DNA of 64,000 nucleotides from Ranitomeya imitator (taxonomy: Eukaryota), in assembly GCF_032444005.1 (NCBI RefSeq), contig NC_091290.1, forward strand, positions 36,332,001 to 36,396,000, in the 5' to 3' direction. Positions 53,546-64,000 of the stretch are shown here, piece after piece; positions within the stretch are counted from its first letter, which is position 1, and each line of letters begins with the position of its first letter. Below the pieces are notes generated by a model. It had not been told where the DNA came from. It did not search any database and saw only the letters and a program-made list of their open reading frames with translations. Made by a program: the position numbers and the translations under genes.

Positions 53546-55679
53546 TACTAGTTGCATGTTGCAAATATAGGAATAACCTGTACAGAATCAATTTAAAAAA
53601 ATAAATAATTTTTGTGTTGAAAATTTCACATTCAAATCTCCTTACGGATCTGCACTTTGGAATTTTACCCAAAGTTTAGCAAACAGTAAAATCTGTAGAA
53701 TGCGCTCAGGCCCACTCTGAACATAGCATGCTAGAAATTGCAGCAGACTTTTAGACAAGGATTACACTGAGCTTAGAACTTACATGTGGATTTTGTGACG
53801 GAAATCAGCAGCGTTTCTGCATGTAATATCTGCAAACATGCATATGTATTTTTTTTACCCACCCATAAATTTGAATGGATGAGTATTTGATCATGTACAT
53901 TTTTTAATGTAGATTTATGAAAACGGATTTCACACGGATGTAAAAAAAAAAAAAATAGATATGCGAATGGCAAACGGATGAAAATTACATGAAAAATAGT
54001 TGAACATTTTTATACTTTCGTCTGCACGAGGCCTAATTCAGATAGAGGAAAACATACTGGCACACAGAGCTGTAAAGAATTACAATGAGCAATAACTTTC
54101 CAAAGTAAAAGAATATTTGTTGGAGCTCTCGACGGGGCCCATACTATGTTCTGCATTGGGGCCACATGATTTCTCGATGGCGTATGGCGTTATTGTCTAG
54201 TAGTATTATGACATTATTTTTTGGGCAATATTATGACAATATTACAGTCAATTTCCAAAACTAAATTGGGGTCCTGCAGGGTATGCCCAGGAGCCCCAGA
54301 CACCTTGAATCAGCCTGTTAAAAATTTTTTATGTAATTTATCATTCCCAAAACAGATTCCGCACATACATTTTTTTTTTTTTTTATCAAGGATTGAGTTT
54401 TATGATATTTTTGCTACATGCTCCTATATTTTGCCTTGAGCAAAGCTGCACCAAAAATATGCTTTGGCAGGTGATCATCTGCCCTGGCCGAGCATTGACA
54501 TTCTTGTTTAGCGGAGACAAATAAGATTTTACATCGGCACTTCCATTGGCAGCTGAAAGGTTGGTTGGTTGAAAATGATGTCCATGGGCAGTGTCAGTCC
54601 AGCAGTGAATATGGATTGCTATATGTATACTGTAAACCTGAGCAATGTGTATAGCAAATACAAATGCATGGGAGGATTCTTTATTAAGAGTTATCAAGTT
54701 GTCAGTACAGACCAGTTGCAAGTTGAGAGAACTAGGTTTGTTAGGAAAAGTGACGTTTCTCCACATTCCATAGATAAATAAGGCACCAGCATAACAGAGC
54801 CCAGACTTCTAAGCAATAGGGACAATGTAACTGTGAATTTCATATGAATGTACATGTACATTTGAGAGAGTTTAAAGAATTTTAATGTTTGTTCACTTGC
54901 TATAGAAGAGGTGTTATTTAAAGTTTAAGATTTTTCCACCTTCATTTTATCCCCTTCTTCCAAAAGCCATAACTTTTTCATTGTTCCATAAACATAGCCA
55001 CACAAGGGATAAAGTTTAAACTTTTAGATTAAAAAAAAAAAAAAAACATTTTTAATATTTTTTTAACCACTGTCAAAGATTGTTAGCATCTTGTAAATCA
55101 TTAAACTGCAGAGATAGGAACTGACTTTGGAACTGTTGGAGGCAGATGCCGGCTGTTTAACACTGCCAGCACCTGCTCTGTAATGAATGGGTTCAATCCC
55201 TGCTCAGCCCCTGCCCCGCTCTACCTCCCTTTACCTTCATGCCACTCTGTGTTTTTAAAATATATTGACCTCTCCCCATTATTGCAATTCCTGCTACTCT
55301 TGGGCACCAGCACAGACACTTTAGGAGTCGGACGCTGTCTGCTGCAGAGAAGGACTGCAGGAACTGGTGAGTATCTGTATGTCTGGTATAAGGTCTGCAA
55401 AAGGAATCCTGGGGTCTATACCAAAGTGGAGAGGTGCAGTTTTGACTTGGTTGGTTTAGCTCTAAGCATGTAGTCTTTAAACAGGGCTAGTCCAAGGGCC
55501 GGCCTGGGGTGTATAGCGGTATCAATGTATAGAGGGGTGTCAGGCCTGGGGTCTATTTAAAGGTCTGGTAAGCTAAGTCTAGTCTGTAATCCATATATAG
55601 AGCTGGGCTGGACTTGGGTCTGGTCTGGTGTCCTTAGTTATTTGGAGTCAGTATTTTGAAGGAGTGTGTAACGTGGGAG

Positions 55680-58572
55680 TCTGGTCTGGGGTCTGTATAA
55701 CAGACGTGGTCCAGAGTCTATAGAAATCGCCAGTCCAGGGTCTGTATAACTTAGCGCCTTGTCTGGGGTCTGTATAACAGACGTGGTCCAGAGTCTATAG
55801 AAATCGCCAGTCAAGGGTCTGTATAACTTAGCGCCTTGTCTGGGGTCTGTATAACAGACGTGGTCCAGAGTCTATAGAAATCGCCAGTCCAGGGTCTGTA
55901 TAACTTAGCGCCTTGTCTGGGGTCTGTATAACAGACGTGGTCCAGAGTCTATAGAAATCGCCAGTCCAGGGTCTGTATAACTTAGCGCCTTGTCTGGGGT
56001 CTGTATAACAGACGTGGTCCAGAGTCTATAGAAATCGCCAGTCCAGGGTCTGTAAACTTAGCGCCTTGTCTGGGATCTGTATAACAGACGTGGTCCAGAG
56101 TCTATAGAAATCGCCAGTCCAGGGTCTGTATAACTTAGCGCCTTGTCTGGGGTCTGTATAACAGACGTGGTCCAGAGTCTATAGAAATCGCCAGTCCAGG
56201 GTCTGTATAACTTAGCGCCTTGTCTGGGATCTGTATAACAGACGTGGTCCAGAGTCTATAGAAATCGCCAGTCCAGGGTCTGTATAACTTAGCGCCTTGT
56301 CTGGGGTCTATATAACAGACGTGGTCCAGAGTCTATAGAAATCGCCAGTCCATGGACGGTATAACTTAGCGCCTGGTCTGGGGTCTGTATAACAGACGTG
56401 GTCCAGAGTCTATAGAAATCGCCAGTCCATGGACTGTATAACTTAGCGCCTGATCTGGGGTCTGTATAACAGACGTGGTCCAGAGTCTATAGAAATCGCC
56501 AGTCCATGGACTGTATAACTTAGCGCCTGGTCTGGGGTCTGTATAACAGACGTGGTCCAGAGTCTATAGAAATCGCCAGTCCACGGACTGTATAACTTAT
56601 CGCCTGGTCTGGGGTCTGTATAACAGACGTGGTCCAGAGTCTATAGAAATCGCCAGTCCAGGGACTGTATAACTTATCGCCTGGTCTGGGGTCTGTATAA
56701 CAGACGTGGTCCAGAGTCTATAGAAATCGCCAGTCCAGGGACTGTATAACTTAGCGCCTTGTCTGGGGTCTGTATAACAGACGTGGTCCAGAGTCTATAG
56801 AAATCGCCAGTCCAGGGTCTGTATAACTTAGCGCCTTGTCTGGGGTCTGTATAACAGACGTGGTCCAGAGTCTATACAAATCGCCAGTCCATGGACTGTA
56901 TAACTTAGCGCCTGGTCTGGGGTCTGTATAACAGACGTGGTCCAGAGTCTATAGAAATCGCCAGTCCAGGGACTGTATAACTTATCGCCTGGTCTGGGGT
57001 CTGTATAACTTAGCGCCTTGTCTGGGGTCTATATAACAGACGTGGTCCAGAGTCTATAGAAATCGCCAGTCCATGGACGGTATAACTTAGCGCCTGGTCT
57101 GGGGTCTGTATAACAGACGTGGTCCAGAGTCTATAGAAATCGCCAGTCCAGGGACTGTATAACTTATCGCCTGGTCTGGGGTCTGTATAACAGACGTGGT
57201 CCAGAGTCTATAGAAATCGCCAGTCCAGGGACTGTATAACTTATCGCCTGGTCTGGGGTCTGTATAACAGACGTGGTCCAGAGTCTATAGAAATCGCCAG
57301 TCCATGGACTGTATAACTTAGCGCCTGGTCTGGGGTCTGTATAACAGACGTGGTCCAGAGTCTATAGAAATCGCCAGTCCAGGGTCTGTATAACTTAGCG
57401 CCTGGTCTGGGGTCTGTATAACAGACGTGGTCCAGAGTCTATAGAAATCGCCAGTCCAGGGACTGTATAACTTATCGCCTGGTCTGGGGTCTGTATAACA
57501 GACGTGGTCCAGAGTCTATAGAAATCGCCAGTCCAGGGACTGTATAACTTATCGCCTGGTCTGGGGTCTGTATAACAGACGTGGTCCAGAGTCTATAGAA
57601 ATCGCCAGTCCAGGGTCTGTATAACTTAGCGCCTGGTCTGGGGTCTGTATAACAGACGTGGTCCAGAGTCTATAGAAATCGCCAGTCCAGGGACTGTATA
57701 ACTTAGCGCCTTGTCTGGGGTCTGTATAACAGACGTGGTCCAGAGTCTATAGAAATCGCCAGTCCAGGGTCTGTATAACTTAGCGCCTTGTCTGGGGTCT
57801 GTATAACAGACGTGGTCCAGAGTCTATAGAAATCGCCAGTCCAGGGTCTGTATAACTTAGCGCCTTGTCTGGGATCTGTATAACAGACGTGGTCCAGAGT
57901 CTATAGAAATCGCCAGTCCAGGGTCTGTATAACTTAGCGCCTTGTCTGGGATCTGTATAACAGACGTGGTCCAGAGTCTATAGAAATCGCCAGTCCAGGG
58001 TCTGTATAACTTAGCGCCTTGTCTGGGGTCTATATAACAGACGTGGTCCAGAGTCTATAGAAATCGCCAGTCCATGGACGGTATAACTTAGCGCCTGGTC
58101 TGGGGTCTGTATAACAGACGTGGTCCAGAGTCTATAGAAATCGCCAGTCCATGGACTGTATAACTTAGCGCCTTGTCTGGGGTCTGTATAACAGACGTGG
58201 TCCAGAGTCTATAGAAATCGCCAGTCCAGGGACTGTATAACTTATCGCCTGGTCTGGGGTCTGTATAACAGACGTGGTCCAGAGTCTATAGAAATCGCCA
58301 GTCCAGGGACTGTATAACTTATCGCCTGGTCTGGGGTCTGTATAACAGACGTGGTCCAGAGTCTATAGAAATCGCCAGTCCAGGGTCTGTATAACTTAGC
58401 GCCTGGTCTGGGGTCTGTATAACAGACGTGGTCCAGAGTCTATAGAAATCGCCAGTCCAGGGACTGTATAACTTAGCGCCTGGTCTGGGGTCTGTATAAC
58501 AGACGTGGTCCAGAGTCTATAGAAATCGCCAGTCCAGGGACTGTATAGCTTAGCGCCTGGTCTGGGGTCTGT
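55680..58572. repeat. Minisatellite, 77-bp unit, ~37 copies
   Basis: GTCTGTATAACAGACGTGGTCCAGAGTCTATAGAAATCGCCAGTCC recurs at 55691, 55768 and onward. The unit has an internal GGGTCTGTATAAC duplication. Confidence 0.97.
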
Positions 58573-59524
58573 ATTCAGAGGGGGAACATGCTTTTCTTTT
58601 CTCTTCGGAATGTTTCTGATAAATCCTTTGTTTGTAAATATATGTAACTTGTATCCACTTGTATCACAAACATTTTGCAAATATCATTAAACCCTAATAG
58701 TTGCCTAACTGGTGAATCTACCTGAAATATACTATAATGCGGAACCCCTCGGCTGTAATGCATACTGAGTTTAACATGAAACGTTCAGTGTTTTATCACT
58801 ATGGGTCAGGGTACAGTCTGGTAGGGGAAGAGTCATATGACACCTGTAATTACAGAGTGACCTTCAAGATGTCCTTGAGGAAACACGGAAAGGAATTCAG
58901 CAGCAAAAGAAATCACAAAGAGAAAAAAAAAAAGAAGTTTGTTAATCCCTTCGTCATTATGCACAGGTTAGATGCTGCAATTTTTATGTATTTTTATGTC
59001 AGTTAAAATATATAAATTGGGATGTGAAGGTTTGTAACTAGAAATAGGAATAATAAGACTTAAATAATATTCTGCAGCTGTCATGTAATACTGGCACAGG
59101 TGAGGATACTTCTGTCCTGGGCATACGGTATTAAAGGGGTGATCATTCTAGCACCCTGGGGGAGGGCAGAATTACTTTATGGAAATTTGGTGCCAGTTCT
59201 GTCTGGCATTTCCCTAGTGAGTCTATGATTGATGCCAATCGAAGATTTGTAAACCGACTGACACAACTGCATAAATCAGAATGCATTCATGAACGTATAG
59301 AGTTGTGTTCACACATTGCATGTTTGATGAAGATTTTACACATGGATTTGATGCAAGCAAATTCATCAGCATTTTACAGTACCAGCAAAGTGGGCGAGTT
59401 TTAATCTCATCTACATTTTATGTACTGAATCAGTGCAGAAACAGGCTTTTGTTTTGTTTTTTGTTTTCCTTAAATCCGCAGCATGTCAATTTCTATTGCG
59501 ATAGTTGCAATAAGCCCAATGTAA

Positions 59525-61939
59525 GGCCGCCGTCACACATGCGAGTTTTACGGACGTAAGAGCGCAGAATCTACGTCCGTAAAACTCGCAAAAAATACGG
59601 CACAATTATTCTCTATGCCCCTGCTCCTATTTGCCGTATTTTACTGATCAGTATTATACGGTCTTCTACGGCCGTACAAAATCGCAGCATGCTGCGTTTG
59701 TCACCGTACTGCGCAAGAAATACGCCAATGAAAGTCTATGGAAGCGTGAAAAATACGGATCACACACGGACAAGCAGTGTGACTTGCGAGAAATACGCAG
59801 CGCTGTTAGAGAGAAAAGCCGGCAATTCAGTGCGGTGTACAGTAAAATCACACTGACAGCTTACAGTAGAATAGGTAGAATAAATGTGTACACAGAGAAT
59901 AGGTATATATATATATATATGTCAGTGAGACACATATATGTATATATATATTAATATTTATTCCAGCGCTATACAGCTTGAAAGCCGGTAATTCAATTAC
60001 CGGCTTTTTCTTTCTCCTTCCTAAAACCCGACATGATTTGAGACATGGTTTACATACAGTAAACCATGTCTTCTCTCCATTTTTTTTGCAGATTCCACAC
60101 TACTAATGTCAGTAGAGTGTATCTGCAAAATTTGGCCGTTCTAGCTCTTAAAATAAAGGGTTAAATGGCGGAAAAATTTGGCGTGGGCTCCCGCGCAATT
60201 TTCTCCGCCAGAGTAGTAAAGCCAGTGACTGAGGGCAGATATTAGTAGCCTGGAGAGGGTCCATGGTTATTGGCCCCCCCTGGCTAAAAATATCTGCCCC
60301 CAGCCACCCCAGAAAAGGCACATCTGGAAGATGCGCCTATTCTGGCACTTGGCCACTCTCTTCCCATTCCCGTGTAGCGGTGGGATATGGGGTAATGAAG
60401 GGTTAATGCCACCTTGCTATTGTAAGGTGACATTAAGCCTAATTAATAATGGAGAGGCGTCAATTATGACACCTATCCATTATTAATCCAATTGTAGTGA
60501 AGGGTTAAATAAAACACAAACACATTATTTAAAATTATTTTAATGAAATAAAAACAATGGTTGTTGGAGTATTTTATTCAACGCCCAATCCAGTCACTGA
60601 AGACCCTCGTTCTGTGAAAGAAAAAACATAATAAACCAACAATATACTTACCCTCCGCAGATCTGTAACGTCCAACGATGTAAATCCTTCTGAAGGGGTT
60701 AAAACATTTTGCAGAAAGGAGCTGTGCTAATGCAGGCTGCTCCTCGCTGCAAAACCCCAGGGAATGAGGCTAAAAATAGATCAATGATCTATATTTAGCT
60801 TCATTTGCGGTGAGGCGCCCTCTGCTGGCTGTTCATAGATCGTGGGAAATTACCTAGAAAGCTCCCAGGCTTTCTAGGAAAGTTCCCACGATCTATGAAC
60901 ATCCAGCAGAGGGCGCCTCACCGCAAATGAAGCTAAATATAGATCATTGATCTATTTTTAGCCTCATTTCCTGGGGTTTTGCAGCGAGGAGCAGCCTGCA
61001 TTAGCACAGCTCCTTTCTGCAAAATGTTTTAACCCCTTCAGAAGGATTTACATCGTTGGACGTTACAGATCTGCGGAGGGTAAGTATATTGTTGGTTTAT
61101 TATGTTTTTTTACTCACAGAACGAGGGTCTTCAGTGACTGGATTGGGCGTTGAATAAAATACTCCCACAACCATTGTTTTTATTTCATTAAAATAATTTT
61201 AAATAATGTGTTTGTGTTTTATTTAACCCTTCACTACAATTGGATTAATAATGGATAGGTGTCATAATTAACGCCTCTCCATTATTAATTAGGCTTAATG
61301 TCACCTTACAATAGCAAGGTGGCATTAACCCTTCATTACCCCATATCCCACCGCTACACGGGAATGGGAAGAGAGTGGCCAAGTGCCAGAATAGGCGCAT
61401 CTTCCAGATGTGCCTTTTCTGGGGTGGCTGGGGGCAGATGTTTTTAGCCAGGGGGGGACCAATAACCATGGACCCTCTCCAGGCTATTAATATCTGCCCT
61501 CAGTCACTGGCTTTACTACTCTGGCGGAGAAAATTGCGCGGGAGCCCACGCCAATTTTTTCCGCCATTTAACCCTTTATTTTAAGAGCTAGAACGGCCAA
61601 ATTTTGCAGATACACACTACTGACATTAGTAGTGTGGAATCTGCAAAAAAAATGAAGAGAAGACATGGTTTACTGTATGTAAACCATGTCTCAAATCATG
61701 TCGGGTTTTAGGAAGGAGAAGGAAAAAGCCGGTAATTGAATTACCGGCTTTCAAGCTGTATAGCGCTGGAATAAATATTAATATATATACATATATGTGT
61801 CTCACTGACATATATATATATATATACCTATTCTATGTGTACACATTTATTCTACCTATTCTACTGTAAGCTGTCAGTGTGATTTTACTGTACACCGCAC
61901 TGAATTGCCGGCTTTTCTCTCTAATATATGTGTCTACTG

Positions 61940-61976
<37 letters not shown>

Positions 61977-62227
61977 GTATATATATATTTTCTTTTCTTT
62001 TTGGGACACATGGATCACTTCTATAGCGGTATGTTGGTTTTGCTAGCCTGCGAGAAAACCACGCAGTACGGATGCCATACGGATTACATACGGAGGATGC
62101 CATGCGCAAAAAACGCTGACACACCCTGCCTACGGAGGAGCTACGGACCACTTTTTTCGGGACTTTTCAGCGTATTACGGCCGTAATATACGGACCGTAT
62201 TGTTTTACGCTGTGTGTGACGCCGGCC
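59525..62227. mobile_element. Harbinger-type non-autonomous foldback element, 2703 bp
   Basis: TIR GGCCG(C/G)CGTCACACA, with TAA TSD at 59522-59524 and 62228-62230. Internal inverted arms at 59806-60862 and 60869-61924. Confidence 0.88.
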
Positions 62228-62271
62228 TAAGGTGGAGATATTTAGATTAGTGGGGTATGCGCTCACCTTTT

Positions 62272-62486
62272 GGGTCACATTCACACTAGCAGTATTTGGT
62301 CAGTATTTTACATCAGTATTTGTAAGCCAAAACCAGGAGTGGGTGATAAATGCAGAAGTGGTGCATATGTTTCTATTATACTTTTCCTCTATTTGTTCCA
62401 CTCCTGGTTTTGGCTTACAAATACTGATGTAAAATACTAACCAAATACTGCTAGTTTGACGGCAGCCTGATAGTGTGAATATGGCC
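62272..62486. mobile_element. Harbinger-type MITE, same family as 28307-28474
   Basis: GGGTCACATTCACACT ... AGTGTGAATATGGCC|TTA. Shares the internal CATCAGTATTTGTAAGCCAAAACCAGGAGTGG palindrome. Confidence 0.7.
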
Positions 62487-63292
62487 TTACCCTAGTAAAG
62501 GCTTGCAGATTTGCGATCTGTCAGCTGTGACCTGATGAAGACACCAATTCATAGTCGAAACGTGTTACCTGAATATCTTTCCAATAAAGGAACCTTGACT
62601 TTATCTTCTATTCTGTTTGTTGTTTGGATTTAGTCATTGATTTTAATGGATACTCTAAGTCCGAAGATTAAACTGCTGGCCTGGCAATGTTTTGCTGCAT
62701 TTTATGGTGCATTACTACAAAAAAAAAAAAACATCACAAATAAAAATGCATGAATAAGTTCTGAAAATTTGCAAGGATTTTTGATGCAGAAATGCGACAG
62801 ATTTCAGGTTAGAAATTCACGAGTAAAATTAGCACCAAATATGCAATGTGTGAACCCAGACTAACAGTACTGAACAGAGGTCACAAATATAGTCATTAGG
62901 TTGCAATTGAACGCCAGACGAAATAAATAGATGGACAGTAAACGACAACAACGCTGCAGGGTCACATACCAAGAAACAAGAACTGAGCTGGTTTAATTTG
63001 GTTATTTGGGATTTTGTGATTTCCCCCTTGCGTTTGACTATCTACATAGCAAAATATGCAATAAATAAAGAACATAGGCTGCAAACGAGATTCCGCCATC
63101 CAGATCCAGAGCCACGTCACTACTGCTCTAATTATCATCCAACTATGTGAAGTAATATTCATGGTGATCTGATGGACAAAGTGGCTAAAGGGACCAAGGT
63201 GAAGGTGGCAAAAATGCACAACCCTCTTCACAATACTCAGTTTGCCAAAATAGTAGTGCAGCGCAATGCTGGAATAGTAATGTCACATCCCT

Positions 63293-63447
63293 TGCTCACC
63301 AAAGGGCAGCATATACCAATGACAGCAGGATAGCAGTAATTACATCCAGTGCTCACCAAAGGGCGGTATATACCAATGACAGCAGGATAGCAGTAATTAC
63401 ATCCAGTGCTCACCAAAGGGCAGCATATACCAATGACAGCAGGATAG
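63293..63447. repeat. 57-bp tandem repeat, ~2.7 copies
   Basis: TGCTCACCAAAGGGC starts at 63293, 63350 and 63407. Confidence 0.85.
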
Positions 63448-64000
63448 GGTTAATTATAGCTTCTACAGCATAGTATTATACCCAGTGCCTACAGGGTAAT
63501 GACATATCCAGTGTTGTATGCACACCGTGTAGCATTCCCAGTCTTTCCAGAATTTCCTATCCCCTCCTATTGGCCTCCCCAACTGTTGCTGCCAGTCAGT
63601 TCAATCAGTTTCCTAATAGTGAAGGGAAGTGCTAATTAGTGCACAGTGGTCCAAGTCTCATAGAGCAGCATTTTGCAGATCTACTGATCCGTAACAGATC
63701 ACTGCACCAATCTGTAACCTTTAGTGACAGGGAAACACTGATTGGTCGCACAACAAAAACTAGATCTTTAGCGGGTATGCCTGCTATGTGTCCTGCTCTT
63801 TTTTGGGGGCTAAATTTGCACCACTCTGATTTAGGTTTTTGGATAAGTACTTGTCTACAGCACCAATGTCACATTTGGTTGACCGCAGCAAATCGGGGGC
63901 ATGCAAGCTATTATTGGTTATATGAATACCCCAGTTTGCTTGTTTTTAAGGAGTTTTCCAGCACTTAGGAAAGACAATTAGAAATGAGCAATTCGATTCT

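Overview
This is vertebrate genomic DNA, not prokaryotic. The repeat content points to a frog (inference). The window holds the conserved PRDX5 / TRMT112 / ESRRA cluster, in the same arrangement as human 11q13. PRDX5 is on the minus strand with exons 1-3 inside the window; exons 4-6 were not found and presumably lie left of base 1. It is head-to-head with TRMT112 (plus strand, 4 coding exons, 123 aa), sharing a promoter of about 160-245 bp. ESRRA (minus strand, 6 coding exons, 409 aa) lies tail-to-tail with TRMT112. Every exon was placed by hand from GT-AG sites and reading phase. Introns and intergenic DNA are filled with a CR1 LINE with an open RT ORF, an L2 fragment, a near-intact DD34D mariner, a DD38E Tc1-like element, Tc1 fossils, many piggyBac, Harbinger, hAT and T2/Kolobok non-autonomous elements, and seven large tandem arrays (about 15 kb in total). 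Almost all long ORFs in the supplied track are artefacts of those arrays. Four observations stand out. (1) A 2.7-kb Harbinger-ended foldback element has ~1.05-kb inverted arms and a divergent pair of consensus CTCF motifs at the hairpin tip. (2) A 28-bp micro-inversion flips exactly the start codon of the DD38E transposase. (3) This ERR-alpha has Ala where mammalian ERR-alpha has the pocket-filling Phe232. (4) A cluster of ERR response elements sits in the ESRRA promoter, between a G-rich minisatellite and a purine-pyrimidine tract.
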